Positions 1 through 10,278 of a stretch of 64,000 nt of DNA are shown in pieces (position 1 is the first letter of the stretch; each line of letters starts with the position of its first letter). The position numbers and the translations under genes were made by a program. This DNA comes from Candidatus Bathyarchaeota archaeon (GTDB lineage: Archaea > Thermoproteota > Bathyarchaeia > 40CM-2-53-6 > RBG-13-38-9): the NCBI GenBank assembly GCA_963807605.1, contig CAWECG010000003.1:96001-160000 (forward strand), read 5' to 3'. The notes under the pieces were generated by a model. The model saw nothing but the letters and a program-made list of their open reading frames with translations, did no database searches and had not been told where the DNA came from.

Positions 1-2217
1 GATATCGTCTACTTTGGCGTAGTCGAGTATTGTGGGTATCTTCCAGTCGAGATACGACTTGGCTGTGTAGACTCCTGTAGGGTCAATGTAGGGTTGCTCG
101 TACAGTCCGTTAGCAAGGCCGTGGAACATTCCACCAATCATCTGTCCTTCCACGAGTGTTGGGTTGATGGGGAGTGCGTCGTTTCCAGCTAGCATCTTGG
201 TCACTCTCACCTCTCCAGTTTCTTTGTTCACCATCACTTCGAAAGCGTTGGCCATGAAGTCCATGTGTAATACCAGTCTATAGTATGGTCCTAAGGCTTG
301 TCCTGTGCCGTAGTCGTTCTTTCCAGGTCCATCGTAGTCGCTTGGAGCACCAACCGGGTCGTTCAATCCACCAGCTACAATCATGTCTGAGCGGGGTGCC
401 AAAATGTCAGCCCATTTGACGGATGCGCTCGGGTTGGCTGCGACGAAGACCGTTCCGTCCTTCGTGTCAAGGTCTCCAGGTTTTGCTTTAAGCATGGGTG
501 CCGCCGCCGCGAAAAGTTGATCTCTGGCGTTCTTGGCTGCCGTTATGATTGCGCCTCCGAAGTCGACTGATGCCGAGCTTGAGAATGAGTCTGATGTGTA
601 GGGAACATACTCTGTATTCACGTCAGTTCTGCGGACATTCTCTATTGGAACGTTTAGTGCTTCAGCCACGAATTGTCTGATTACGGTGTTCGCGCCTTGG
701 CCTATGTCCATGGTATCAGCTATGATGTCGACCAGTCCAGAGCCTCGCAACTTGAGGAATATTAGATTGTGCACCATGTCTCCTTGTGAGTACTTGTTTG
801 CCGCTGAGATACCTCTGCCTACAACCCATGGGTCTTGAACGGCTGGTTTGTCTCCCCATGCAGCCATTAATTCTTTGGTTTTCGTCAGCATTGGGCCGGT
901 ACCGACGCCGCGTATGATCTCGTGTTGAGCGCTGAAATCTCCTTCCTTTGTTAGGTTCATCAGTCTGAGGTCAATCCTGTCCATGCCCAGCTTGTCGGCG
1001 AGCATGTTGATTATACCCTCGAAGGGGAAGGAGGATTCATTTGCACCGAAACCTCTGTACGACATTGTGTCGGCTGTATTAGCGTAGGTGTTATATCCTG
1101 TGAACATCACGTTAGGCACCTTGTAGAGGGATGGGTTTCCCCAGTGGTATGTACAGGTTAACGATTCTCTCATTCTTTCAATAAGTGTCATGCTGAACCT
1201 TACAAATGGCGTGCAGGTGTAAGCGGTCGCTTCGATAGCTGTGAATCTACCGTCCTTCTTTGCTCCAGCCTTTACGTGATAGTGGCTCCAACAACGAGTT
1301 GCGTGCAATAGCTTGAAGTCGTCGAATATCACATGTATAGGTCTGCCTGTTACCTTAGCCAGTAGTGTCGCGTATACGCCTGGTACCCCACAGTTCTTTC
1401 CGCCGAAACCATTGGCGCACTTTTGAGGACCGATAACGGTAACCTTGTCCTGAGGCAGGCCTGCGGCTCCCGCAGCTGTAGGCCATGGGACTGGGTGAAT
1501 GTTCTGGACGTCCGTCCACAAAGTTATGGTTCCATCACCGTTAGGTTGAGCAATTCCGGAGACAGGAACGATGTAGCCGTGAGGGTCGCCTGAGACATCG
1601 AAGTCTGATTCGACTATTACATCAGCATCTGCGAATCCTTTCGTGGTATCACCGCTTTTCACGTAGAGGCAGTTGATCACGTTTGGTCTGTTCGCTTCGA
1701 ATGGCGGAGTTATAGTTCTCGGTGTGTGGACTACTACTGGGGGACTTGCGTCTGAGGCTGCAACAGGATCAAATACGCCTTGCATTGGGTTATATTTCAC
1801 GTCGACTGCGAATGCTGCATCGTCTGCCTGCTCCTGTGTTTCAGCAACGACTACCGCGACTGGCTGCATGTTGTAGAATACATCAGTATCTGCTAAGAGA
1901 GGTTCATCGCCTAGGTTCAGTATTCCAGCAAATTCAGGTGATTTGCCAGTGTACACTGCTATTACACCGGGCATACTTTGGGCTGCGCTTGTGTCTATGC
2001 TGGTAATCGATGCACGCGCGTATGGATTTCTCACAAACTTCGTATAACACATTCCATGAGGCTGCTCGTTAGCGGTGTACTTTACATTTCCCGTAACAAT
2101 AGATGGCCCATCAACGTCAGGTACTCGTTGTCCCATGAATCTCATGCCATGGGCGCCTTGTGCTTGCATCTTAGACGCGAAGGCATCAAGACTTCCAACA
2201 TAATTTGTTCTTGTCAT
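1..2217 (-). CDS. Xanthine dehydrogenase/aldehyde oxidoreductase family molybdopterin-binding large subunit (runs off the window start; absent from the ORF track)
   Basis: Manual translation from the ATG at 2217 gives MTRTNYVGS...GQRVPDVDGPSIVTGNVKYT...RNPYARASITSIDTSAAQSMPGVIAV. Internal motifs NGFGGK and SYRGFG are present, and LDWKIPT lies in the same frame at the window edge. Confidence 0.9.
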   Translation of the reverse strand, partial: MTRTNYVGSLDAFASKMQAQGAHGMRFMGQRVPDVDGPSIVTGNVKYTANEQPHGMCYTKFVRNPYARASITSIDTSAAQSMPGVIAVYTGKSPEFAGILNLGDEPLLADTDVFYNMQPVAVVVAETQEQADDAAFAVDVKYNPMQGVFDPVAASDASPPVVVHTPRTITPPFEANRPNVINCLYVKSGDTTKGFADADVIVESDFDVSGDPHGYIVPVSGIAQPNGDGTITLWTDVQNIHPVPWPTAAGAAGLPQDKVTVIGPQKCANGFGGKNCGVPGVYATLLAKVTGRPIHVIFDDFKLLHATRCWSHYHVKAGAKKDGRFTAIEATAYTCTPFVRFSMTLIERMRESLTCTYHWGNPSLYKVPNVMFTGYNTYANTADTMSYRGFGANESSFPFEGIINMLADKLGMDRIDLRLMNLTKEGDFSAQHEIIRGVGTGPMLTKTKELMAAWGDKPAVQDPWVVGRGISAANKYSQGDMVHNLIFLKLRGSGLVDIIADTMDIGQGANTVIRQFVAEALNVPIENVRRTDVNTEYVPYTSDSFSSSASVDFGGAIITAAKNARDQLFAAAAPMLKAKPGDLDTKDGTVFVAANPSASVKWADILAPRSDMIVAGGLNDPVGAPSDYDGPGKNDYGTGQALGPYYRLVLHMDFMANAFEVMVNKETGEVRVTKMLAGNDALPINPTLVEGQMIGGMFHGLANGLYEQPYIDPTGVYTAKSYLDWKIPTILDYAKVDDI

Positions 2218-2235
2218 TTCTTTTCGCCTCCTTAT

Positions 2236-2886
2236 CTATGGCCCACCCAGTATCGCCTGGGTAATACGGTCGTAGGTTCCGCAGCGACAAAGGTTTCCAG
2301 AGATTGCTTGTCTAACATCATCTTCTGTAGGCGAGCTGTTCTTGGCAAGAAGTGCTGTTGCTGACATGATGAATCCAGGGGTGCATGCTCCGCACTGGAA
2401 AGCAGAATATTTGATGAAGTTGTTTTGTAGGGCGTTTAGGGTGCCACCTTGGGCGAGCCCCTCGATTGTGGTGACTTGCCATCCGTCGGTCTCGATTGCG
2501 AGTATCTCACAAGCTAGGACAGGCTTGCCATTGGCTATGACTGTGCAGGCTCCGCATTCACCTAGAGTACATCCTTCACTTGTTCCAACTAGTCCCAATT
2601 GAGTCCGAAGCAGTCCAAGCAATGTCCAACGGGCGTTCACCCACATTGGAATGGTTTTGCCATTGATGGTTATGGTCAGCTCTTTTCCGTCTACAGGCCC
2701 GACAGTAGGAGCCATCATAGCAGACGGTGCGGCTGGTTTCATCATACTGGTAGCGCCGTATGTTGCAGCAGCTCCTACTACTAGCCCTGCAACTGTTCCA
2801 GCAATGAACTTGCGTCTTGAAAGCCCTTGTTCAACCTTCTTCTTTTCGTCAGTTACTTTATCTTCAGTCTTCTTTTCTACTGTCAT
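2236..2886 (-). CDS. (2Fe-2S)-binding small subunit of molybdenum hydroxylase with N-terminal twin-arginine (Tat) signal
   Basis: GCTLGECGACTV and QCGACTPG...NLCRCGTY motifs; N-terminal SRRKFI followed by a hydrophobic stretch. Confidence 0.92.
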   Translation of the reverse strand: MTVEKKTEDKVTDEKKKVEQGLSRRKFIAGTVAGLVVGAAATYGATSMMKPAAPSAMMAPTVGPVDGKELTITINGKTIPMWVNARWTLLGLLRTQLGLVGTSEGCTLGECGACTVIANGKPVLACEILAIETDGWQVTTIEGLAQGGTLNALQNNFIKYSAFQCGACTPGFIMSATALLAKNSSPTEDDVRQAISGNLCRCGTYDRITQAILGGP

Positions 2887-3071
2887 TTTGACTTCTTCCT
2901 TTTAATTCGTTTTTCTTGTTTTCCTATTTTCGCCTTTTTAGGCTGTGAGACATAACTTTCTATAGGATATAACGGTTGCCGTACTATTCCAGAATCCTTA
3001 GCGCTCCCGCGCTTACCTCAGATCACTACGTAATCCTTTTCACTTACGGAAACTCGGCGCGCTGGTTAGCC

Positions 3072-3090
3072 ACTACATCAAAGATGTAGT
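3072..3090. promoter_or_regulatory. Perfect 8-bp inverted repeat between divergent genes, possible operator
   Basis: ACTACATC-AAA-GATGTAGT. Confidence 0.3.
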
Positions 3091-3153
3091 ACTACAGTTG
3101 CTCGTGTGGCAAGACTTCATTAGACGGTCATCTTCACTACTGATGGACGAGAT

Positions 3154-3348
3154 TTGCCTGATTTCGAGAATTCCGAGGGAAGATTTACCGTAGTTACATG
3201 TTCATTCTGTGGTTCGACATTCAAAGCTACACCGCCGGACAAGGTACACTACTACGCTGCTTCGGACCCCGAGGCTTTCAAAGACGGAACAAGAGTCGAA
3301 CTTGAATGCCCTAAATGCAAAGGGATTAATGTTCTATACTGGGGATAG
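3154..3348 (+). CDS. Small zinc-ribbon protein
   Basis: 64 aa with CSFC and CPKC knuckles. Confidence 0.65.
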   Translation: MPDFENSEGRFTVVTCSFCGSTFKATPPDKVHYYAASDPEAFKDGTRVELECPKCKGINVLYWG

Positions 3349-3466
3349 GCTAAAGGAACCACCCTGTAATTTCCCAAGATTATGTGCACGCATCAAATTC
3401 TTGCGTATAAGAAAGCGCAAGCTAATCACGTCTTGAATTGAGGGCAAAGCCACAAGCTTTGACTAG

Positions 3467-4759
3467 ATGAAACCAGGAGAATCTATCCGGTCAAAGTTGA
3501 TCGTCTTAACTCTCAACTGTGGAAGTTCCTCAGTCAAGTATTCTCTCTGGGACACGACGAGACTCCAGAAGCTCTGCGGTGGAATCGTGGAGCGCGTTGG
3601 ACTTGAAGGCTCCTTTGTCATACATGAAACCCCCGACCGAGGGATATCCAAGACGGTACGACCGGTCAAAGACTACAAGGACGCAGTCAACTTGGTTCTT
3701 GAAGCGTCGGCAGGGATACGCTCTTCCCTACAGACTGGATTTGATCAGATCGATGCAGTCGGCCATAGAGTGGTTCACGGAGGCAATAAACTAAGCAGGT
3801 CAACCCTCATAGATCATGACGTTTTGGCGGAGATTGCCAAATGGAGTGAACTTGCTCCTCTCCATAATCCTTCGAACCTGCTTGGGATAGAAGCGGCGAT
3901 GAAGGTTCTGCCCGACATCCCACACGTAGCCATCTTCGATACCACCTTCCTCTCAACCATGCCACCTTGCGCTCACACGTACGCACTGCCCAGAGAATGG
4001 AGGGAGAGATTTGGGATTCGCCGATACGGTTTCCATGGAACTTCACACCTCTACGTAAGCAAGAGGATAGCAGCGATTCTTAGAAGACCCAATGTGAACA
4101 TGATCAGTTTGCATATTGGAAATGGTGTCAGCGTCACAGCCGTGAAAGAAGGGCTAGCTTACGATCATAGTATGGGATTTACCCCCCTCGAGGGCGCTGT
4201 GATGGGAACTCGCTGTGGGGATCTTGACCCGGCCATACTGCTGTACATTATGCGCAAGCTCAGACTATCCACTGAAGAGATGGAGGAAGCACTCAACCGG
4301 AAGAGTGGGCTGCTCGGGATTACCTCACAATACACGGATCGGAGGGACATTCTCAAGGCCGCCGATGCAGGCGATGAGAATTGCAAACTCGCTTTTGCCA
4401 TCGAATGTTACAGGCTCAAGAAGTACATCGGCGCTTACGCGGCAGCCCTAGGGCGTCTCGATGCGATCGCGTTCACCGGAGGGACTGGCGAAAGATCTCC
4501 TCGCTACAGAGATGCAGTCTGTTCTGGTCTTGAACGAATGGGGATTGAGATTGAGAGGGAAAGAAACGAGAAAGCAGAGGGAGATTCTGAGTATGAGATA
4601 AGCAGTGATCCCTCAAAGGTCAGAGTCTACGTTATTCCCACAAACGAGGAAATAGTCTTCGCCGAGGATACGGCTGCCGTCTTAGAAGGCAGGTATGCGC
4701 CTCACTGGAATTTCAAGTACTCGTTTGAAACCAGCGGATCAGCTGTCCGCGAAAGTTGA
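3467..4759 (+). CDS. ackA: Acetate kinase
   Basis: LNCGSSSVKY, GHRVVHGG, APLHNP, RRYGFHGTSH, SMGFTPLEG and IPTNEE motifs. Confidence 0.95.
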   Translation: MKPGESIRSKLIVLTLNCGSSSVKYSLWDTTRLQKLCGGIVERVGLEGSFVIHETPDRGISKTVRPVKDYKDAVNLVLEASAGIRSSLQTGFDQIDAVGHRVVHGGNKLSRSTLIDHDVLAEIAKWSELAPLHNPSNLLGIEAAMKVLPDIPHVAIFDTTFLSTMPPCAHTYALPREWRERFGIRRYGFHGTSHLYVSKRIAAILRRPNVNMISLHIGNGVSVTAVKEGLAYDHSMGFTPLEGAVMGTRCGDLDPAILLYIMRKLRLSTEEMEEALNRKSGLLGITSQYTDRRDILKAADAGDENCKLAFAIECYRLKKYIGAYAAALGRLDAIAFTGGTGERSPRYRDAVCSGLERMGIEIERERNEKAEGDSEYEISSDPSKVRVYVIPTNEEIVFAEDTAAVLEGRYAPHWNFKYSFETSGSAVRES

Positions 4760-4801
4760 TCGTAATTTGACGAGCTGCCGCTCGTCTTCTTCTCGACGGC
4801 A

Positions 4802-5917
4802 TTAGTCTAAATCAGCCATCTCAAGTTTTGCAGGCAGATATTCATCGACTATGTAGGTGAGACCGTACCTGCTGAAGGCTTCCTGTTCAGCCTTCTTCTT
4901 GATCTTGACAAATGTGTCAATTTCTCTGTTCCACAGTTTTCCTTTGTATCGAGGGTCTTTCTTCAGTTCGTAGAGTCTCTTGATATCGAGTTCAGTTAAT
5001 TTGTCGCTTGGGAGTTTGTAGTCGACTATGTCTGTCGCCCAGACCCCGAACCATTTTGCATCCGGGGTATTCAGGTCTCGGAGGTGAGCTGCATTTGCTG
5101 AGCCGGATATTATCACCATAGCAATGTGCATCCCCCAAGGATCGCCATCTGTGAAGATGTGTACTGGCAGGCCAAGCTCCTGGTTTAGTCTTCTCAGGAA
5201 ACCTCTTGTAGCCCTCGGCGCTTGTCCGGCCGTGTGTATGAGTAGAGCTTTATGCTTTGTGTGAACTCTCTCTTCAATGAATCTTGTGAAGAGTCCGCCC
5301 TTCTCTATTGCTATCACCTTGTCAGCTTTGCAATCAACAAACTCTGCGCCGGTGAGCGCAGGGCCTATCATCATGCCGTCTGGGTGGGATGTCAGGTTAA
5401 GTTTCTTTCCTTCATAGCCAGGAAGAGTATACTCGATCGTGAGGTCGCCGAAGATGGCGCTTCGCTCCTCAGGAAATATTTTAAAGTCCTCTCTTGAGTA
5501 GCCAATCACGGTCTCTAGGTCGGTTATGAGGTTGTCACTCTCCTGTTGATCTACGAAGCTCATCTCGTAGGCTTGGGCTGAATAGTAGACATCTCGGAGA
5601 GTGCTCGTCTTGCTCTGCCTTGTCAATTCATCCGCGAACATTCCAGTCCAAACGAGTTGCGTCAGAGGTTTTATGTGCCTGATATTTCTTGAGCTACGCT
5701 TTACGCTCCGGCTTCCCAGGATATATTGTCTGAGCTTCTCGTCGTAGAATATGTTGTTTATTGATCTACTGGGCATCTTGGTCCATGGGAATTCTCCGGA
5801 ATCGATCTGGTTGCAGATCTTGGTTCCAAAGTCCTGAAGGGACTCGAGGACTTTCTTCTTCCTCTCTTTAACTGCTCCCTTCCGCTCCCTCTTCCGTTCC
5901 CTCTTCTTCCTCGACAT
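4802..5917 (-). CDS. top6A: DNA topoisomerase VI subunit A
   Basis: TLRDVYY catalytic Tyr and TOPRIM motifs IEK and DGDPWG; start moved to the ATG of MSRKK. Confidence 0.95.
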   Translation of the reverse strand: MSRKKRERKRERKGAVKERKKKVLESLQDFGTKICNQIDSGEFPWTKMPSRSINNIFYDEKLRQYILGSRSVKRSSRNIRHIKPLTQLVWTGMFADELTRQSKTSTLRDVYYSAQAYEMSFVDQQESDNLITDLETVIGYSREDFKIFPEERSAIFGDLTIEYTLPGYEGKKLNLTSHPDGMMIGPALTGAEFVDCKADKVIAIEKGGLFTRFIEERVHTKHKALLIHTAGQAPRATRGFLRRLNQELGLPVHIFTDGDPWGMHIAMVIISGSANAAHLRDLNTPDAKWFGVWATDIVDYKLPSDKLTELDIKRLYELKKDPRYKGKLWNREIDTFVKIKKKAEQEAFSRYGLTYIVDEYLPAKLEMADLD

Positions 5918-7436
5918 ATTTTGCAACACCTTTTAGGAGTCTTTTGACGTCTGGAACTTTCTCCCTCTTAGCTAGCTTGGCTGAGAAGGAGGCGATCTTC
6001 GGCAAGTATTTGGAGAATACATCTAGTCGCTTCTTCTCTCTCTCCATGTGATGCTTCTTTGATAAAAAGAGTGCTAGCTGTCGGGCGACCTCTCTTAGAG
6101 CGTTCAAGACCTCATGTTCGACCTCAGGTCTGTCGGCTATGAACTCCTTCCCAACGGTCTTGTAGGGGATCTTGAGGCTGCAGATATGGACGAATACTGC
6201 AAGAGGAGTCTCAGGCAGGACATTGTAGTGTCTCCAATTCATCATCTCGTGTGCCACTTTGTAGGAGACGTCGCTCGCTTCATCAAATAGAAGAGGGATC
6301 CTGTTTGCAAAACGGTAGAGCAGGATACCGTTGGTCTTGGGTATGTCACCGCCATATGCTGCGCCAACTTCGACTATGAAAGGAAAGCCGGAGTAGGCTG
6401 CCGCTCTTCTTTGGTATACAGCCACAAATTCTGGATTTAGCTCCTTTTTGATGCCCGTCTTGAGAAGTTCGTTTCCCAAGGGCGATAGACAACTGGCGTC
6501 GGGCGACAGAAACCCATCATAATTCTTGATGGCGTTGACGAACTTCACTATATCCTCTGTGGTGAGTTTCTTCGGGTTCTTCTTTGGTCCGATATCTGTG
6601 AATTCGAGAAATCTTCTCGCTATCGTTTCGCCAACCCTCTGGAAGTGGCGCTTCATAAAATCCTTCATAGTCCTTGAGCTGGTCGAATCAATCATCCTCT
6701 TGAGCGTCTCGATGTCAATCCCGTGAGGATGTGGCAACGTCTCGGTTGGAGGTTTAGGCATTAGGGTCGTTGCTCTCTCAAACTTGTAGAATCTGCCTCT
6801 CGGGTCTACGAAGGTCAGATTGGCGTAGGGAACGACTATCGCTGTCTGTTGCAAATAGTCAAGAATCTTTGCCATGGCTCTTGAGTAGTCAGCTTCGGTC
6901 GTAAACTCCACTAAGGTTCCATGCCATCTGGACTTGTTACTGTGGACCTTATGTTTGATGACGATCGGCCGGTTCTTCTGAATATCCATCATCAAAGAGT
7001 AATCGTACTCCTTTGAGGTGCCAGTGCTCGATAGGATCCTTGACTGCCCGTGTGTCGTTATCTGTCCGTAGAGCACAGCCATCTTTCCACCTAGACCGAA
7101 AGTGCCGCGGGTCTGTCGGAGTTTATACTTCGATCCGAAGAGAACTTGACCGAAAGCGGAGGGGATAACCTCACCGGGCAAGCCTGACCCGTTATCCTCA
7201 ACTCTGATTCTGTAGATGGTGGGGTCTGAGGCAGGCTCTTTCTCCAGAGAGACCCTGATATAGATCTCCGGAAGTATTCCGTTGATCTCGCATGCATCCA
7301 GAGAGTTCTCGACTAACTCTCTTATTGTTGAGTATATTGCTCTGGAAGGATTTGTGAAGCCTGCGATGTCTCTGTTACGGTAGAAGAAGTCCGAGGGGCT
7401 AATTTCCTGAAAACTCTCAGCCATGGAATGCGTCAC
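5868..7436 (-). CDS. top6B: DNA topoisomerase VI subunit B
   Basis: GHKL motifs ELVENSLDA, DNGSG and RGTFGLG; FANRIPLLF. Confidence 0.95.
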   Translation of the reverse strand: MTHSMAESFQEISPSDFFYRNRDIAGFTNPSRAIYSTIRELVENSLDACEINGILPEIYIRVSLEKEPASDPTIYRIRVEDNGSGLPGEVIPSAFGQVLFGSKYKLRQTRGTFGLGGKMAVLYGQITTHGQSRILSSTGTSKEYDYSLMMDIQKNRPIVIKHKVHSNKSRWHGTLVEFTTEADYSRAMAKILDYLQQTAIVVPYANLTFVDPRGRFYKFERATTLMPKPPTETLPHPHGIDIETLKRMIDSTSSRTMKDFMKRHFQRVGETIARRFLEFTDIGPKKNPKKLTTEDIVKFVNAIKNYDGFLSPDASCLSPLGNELLKTGIKKELNPEFVAVYQRRAAAYSGFPFIVEVGAAYGGDIPKTNGILLYRFANRIPLLFDEASDVSYKVAHEMMNWRHYNVLPETPLAVFVHICSLKIPYKTVGKEFIADRPEVEHEVLNALREVARQLALFLSKKHHMEREKKRLDVFSKYLPKIASFSAKLAKREKVPDVKRLLKGVAKYVEEEEGTEEGAEGSS

Positions 7437-7476
7437 TTGTTGTGAACCAGAGAATGACTGGACTGTAGCTTGACAC

Positions 7477-8055
7477 TCACTTTCGCGCTGGCTCCCACAG
7501 TTCAGTTATCTTCTTTATCTTCTCTTCGTGTCGGCGTCTTCTTAGAAGCTTGTAGACAGTTGAGTGTTGTTTTCCCTCTATAAGCATCATGATCGCTTCT
7601 CTTACCGTTGAGACAGACTCGAAGTCACCTATCATCGATATCGTGTGGCCGTAGATGGAGACATTTGTCTTCGTGAGTTCTTCAAGCATATTTCTGGTTT
7701 TGCCCTGTCGCCCGATCACTCTTCCTTTGATTCGAGCAATGTCACTTTCACTCTTTCCAAATATCTCTCTAAGATCTACGACGTCGAGGATCATATCTTC
7801 CTCTTTCAGCTTGAATGCCCTCTCAGGAGAGAAGCCTCTTCCAATTGCATTCACAACATCTCGAACCTGCAGGAGGGATGCGGCATCGCCATCCTGAGGA
7901 GCTGAGATTATCTCTACGATCCCGCTTTCACTGTCCACATTCAAGGTGACCTTGAATATTCTCTCAATAGTCCCTTTGACCTTACCTTCCTCGCCGACGA
8001 GCACGCCAACCCTATCCTGGGGGATGATTACGTTAAACTTGTTCTGCACCTTCAC
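7477..8055 (-). CDS. KH-domain RNA-processing protein (Dim2/Pno1-like)
   Basis: KH GxxG motifs, AIGRGFSPERA and KGRVIGRQG; conserved position next to rio1. Confidence 0.9.
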   Translation of the reverse strand: MKVQNKFNVIIPQDRVGVLVGEEGKVKGTIERIFKVTLNVDSESGIVEIISAPQDGDAASLLQVRDVVNAIGRGFSPERAFKLKEEDMILDVVDLREIFGKSESDIARIKGRVIGRQGKTRNMLEELTKTNVSIYGHTISMIGDFESVSTVREAIMMLIEGKQHSTVYKLLRRRRHEEKIKKITELWEPARK

Positions 8056-8839
8056 CAGTCACCTGTCTATAGAGGACATCGGGACTTGGAACGTCCGCAA
8101 TTCTTGAAAAATACTTGCTTATGGTTGAGAGGTCCCGTCTCAAAAAAGTGCCGGACATAGGGTGGTCCAGCTTGACCGCCTGAGAGAAGTCAAAAATCAC
8201 TGGATGATTCTTCCAGAACATTATGTTATACTCGCTCAGGTCTCCATGGACGAGTTGAGCTTTCTGATAAAGGTTCGCTACGCCATTGACTATCTCCTTG
8301 AGGGTCTTATTGGGATCCTTCAGGAGTGCCTCTCTCAGAAGAGGAGCTGAAACCCCCTTAACGCCGATAAACTCCATGAGGAGGACGTTCTTTTCAACAG
8401 CCACTACTTTTGGAACTTTGACTCCCGCATCTCTTGCCAATCTTAGATTTTCGTATTCCTTCTGGGCCCAGAGGTAGATTAAGGATCTCGTGTCTCTGCT
8501 GACCCGTTCGAATCTGGGATCCCCCTGCAGATACTTCTGCATACCCCGCTTGAACTCAGCGGATGTTGTCAAGTAGATCTTAACGGCAAGCTCGGCGCCT
8601 TTAGATCCATTTCCCCAGTATATTCGTGACTCTTTCCCTGAACTTACAACTCCAGAGATATCTTGCAAGTACCCCCTGTTTAGGAGGCTGTAGACGGTCA
8701 TCAGCGTAGGTCTATCAAAGACTTCCTCAAGAACCTTCAATTGTTCGCTTCGCTTTACGCGCATCCGCCTCTCGACGTCATATCTTCTCTCTCTGAGTTT
8801 GAGTCTCTCTCGCACCTTACTCTTCGAGGAGTCACTCAA
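8033..8839 (-). CDS. rio1: RIO1-family Ser/Thr kinase
   Basis: SSGKES, AVKIY, LVHGDLSEYN and DFSQAV. Confidence 0.93.
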   Translation of the reverse strand: MSDSSKSKVRERLKLRERRYDVERRMRVKRSEQLKVLEEVFDRPTLMTVYSLLNRGYLQDISGVVSSGKESRIYWGNGSKGAELAVKIYLTTSAEFKRGMQKYLQGDPRFERVSRDTRSLIYLWAQKEYENLRLARDAGVKVPKVVAVEKNVLLMEFIGVKGVSAPLLREALLKDPNKTLKEIVNGVANLYQKAQLVHGDLSEYNIMFWKNHPVIFDFSQAVKLDHPMSGTFLRRDLSTISKYFSRIADVPSPDVLYRQVTGEGAEQV

Positions 8840-8848
8840 GCTTTTTCC

Positions 8849-9157
8849 CTATTGAGCAGGAAGGTAGCCGCGTTGCCTCAGGGTTTCTACTTGGCTTTTA
8901 GTATAGCGCCAGAGGATGTCTCCCCGTTCGTTATACTGGAAGTCCCAAGGTTCTACTAGGACAGCGTCGCCCATCCTAACCCAAACCCTTCTCTTCATCT
9001 TTCCTCTGATTCTGCAGAGTCTCTCAAAACCATCAGGACACTTGACCCTGACCCTGTCAAAGCCTAACAGCTGTGAGACGAACCCAACAACCTGCCTCGG
9101 ACCTGGAACGACGAGTTCTCTAAGTTCTTCCTCACTGATTACCTTCTTCTTTCCCAT
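8849..9157 (-). CDS. eif1a: Translation initiation factor aIF-1A
   Basis: RLCRIRGKMKRRVWVRMGD. Confidence 0.93.
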   Translation of the reverse strand: MGKKKVISEEELRELVVPGPRQVVGFVSQLLGFDRVRVKCPDGFERLCRIRGKMKRRVWVRMGDAVLVEPWDFQYNERGDILWRYTKSQVETLRQRGYLPAQ

Positions 9158-9376
9158 TACAGATTCTTAGACTCCGTTTTCGCGTAGTCGAGATTTAGAA
9201 TGCTGAAGCTGGTTATCTTGAATTCAACAGTGCAAATAAAGGTTTGGCTAAGTCAAGAAATAATTCGGGATCGCGAATCAATGAGCACGTTGAAATCAAT
9301 CCTAGCCAAGCAATGCACGGTGTATTGTTATCACTGAGGGCTACGGATCCGCGTCGAGACGAATTAGTGACCTAGC

Positions 9377-9721
9377 TTAAAGTCTGACTATCTGGACGTG
9401 CGGAACTCCAGCTATGTAGATTACGGCCGCCGGATCCACAAGATCGTTCTCGACTGCTACCTTCACCGCATTCTCTCCTACAAGGTTCCCAGAGTCTGCT
9501 TTCGAGAGAGCTTCGGCAACCTCATCTGCATTTGCTAGCTCCCCTCCGTAGAACTGGCTTGTGACTTCAAGCTTCAGTCTGCCCTCTCTCAACGTCTTGC
9601 CTATTAAGTCCATGTCACATACTGTGACCAGAGTGTACCTACCTTTAACATATTTCTTGAGATAGACCTTCTTCAATATCTCGCTCTCTAGACGGGTCTT
9701 ATAGGTGATTTTGCGCCACAC
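9377..9721 (-). CDS. DUF424 family protein (true start probably ~15 codons downstream)
   Basis: CDMDLIGK...FYGG...NLVG...IAGVPH pattern; typical neighbour of aIF-2beta. Confidence 0.8.
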   Translation of the reverse strand: MWRKITYKTRLESEILKKVYLKKYVKGRYTLVTVCDMDLIGKTLREGRLKLEVTSQFYGGELANADEVAEALSKADSGNLVGENAVKVAVENDLVDPAAVIYIAGVPHVQIVRL

Positions 9722-10101
9722 GCCTCACATGATAGCGTGGTGATCCCGCCTGACTTTTCTATCTTTGTATCTGGCCTCTTACAGATAGGACAGATAACAT
9801 ACTTCGCCACGTAGATGTGTAGGAGATGAACTATCGAATCCCCTGGAAACTTTCCCTTGAAGAATACCCGCTGACCGTCGTAGGTTCCCGCTGTGGCCAT
9901 CTCCTTGGATAGGAATTTCAATATGTGATTAGGATCTCTATTCAATCTCCGTGACAAGTCGGCGAAGTTAGCTATCATGGTTCTGGTCCTACCGAAGACC
10001 ATAATCTCAGGCTTCGGCTCCTCGAAACGCTCTCCGCTGATCATTCTCTTCGGAATCTTCTCGAGCGCTTTGTCTAGACTCTTAAGATATTTCTCAGACA
10101 T
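9688..10101 (-). CDS. eif2b: Translation initiation factor aIF-2 beta
   Basis: LNRDPNHILKFLSKEMAT and the CPICKRPDT...CEACG zinc ribbon. Confidence 0.93.
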   Translation of the reverse strand: MSEKYLKSLDKALEKIPKRMISGERFEEPKPEIMVFGRTRTMIANFADLSRRLNRDPNHILKFLSKEMATAGTYDGQRVFFKGKFPGDSIVHLLHIYVAKYVICPICKRPDTKIEKSGGITTLSCEACGAKSPIRPV

Positions 10102-10278
10102 ATCCTGCCGTCACCGATAGTCACAGAAGAAGATCTAGGTGAGATATTTAAGTTGAAATCTCCTCGAGAATTGATCTTGCTTATAGTTTAACAATTCTCT
10201 TCAGAGAATCTTTTAATCCGCAGACGTAATCTCTTAGGAGCGAATCTCATCTGTCGAGGTGAGACCGGTGGTATTGCA

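Noticed and set aside
1-2217. Aerobic CO dehydrogenase CoxL
   Set aside because: The active-site loop is SYRGFG, not AYxCSFR.
1673-2905. Plus-strand ORFs over the molybdoenzyme genes, and similar shadow ORFs throughout the track
   Set aside because: They are antisense or alternate-frame overlaps of well-supported genes and carry no motifs.
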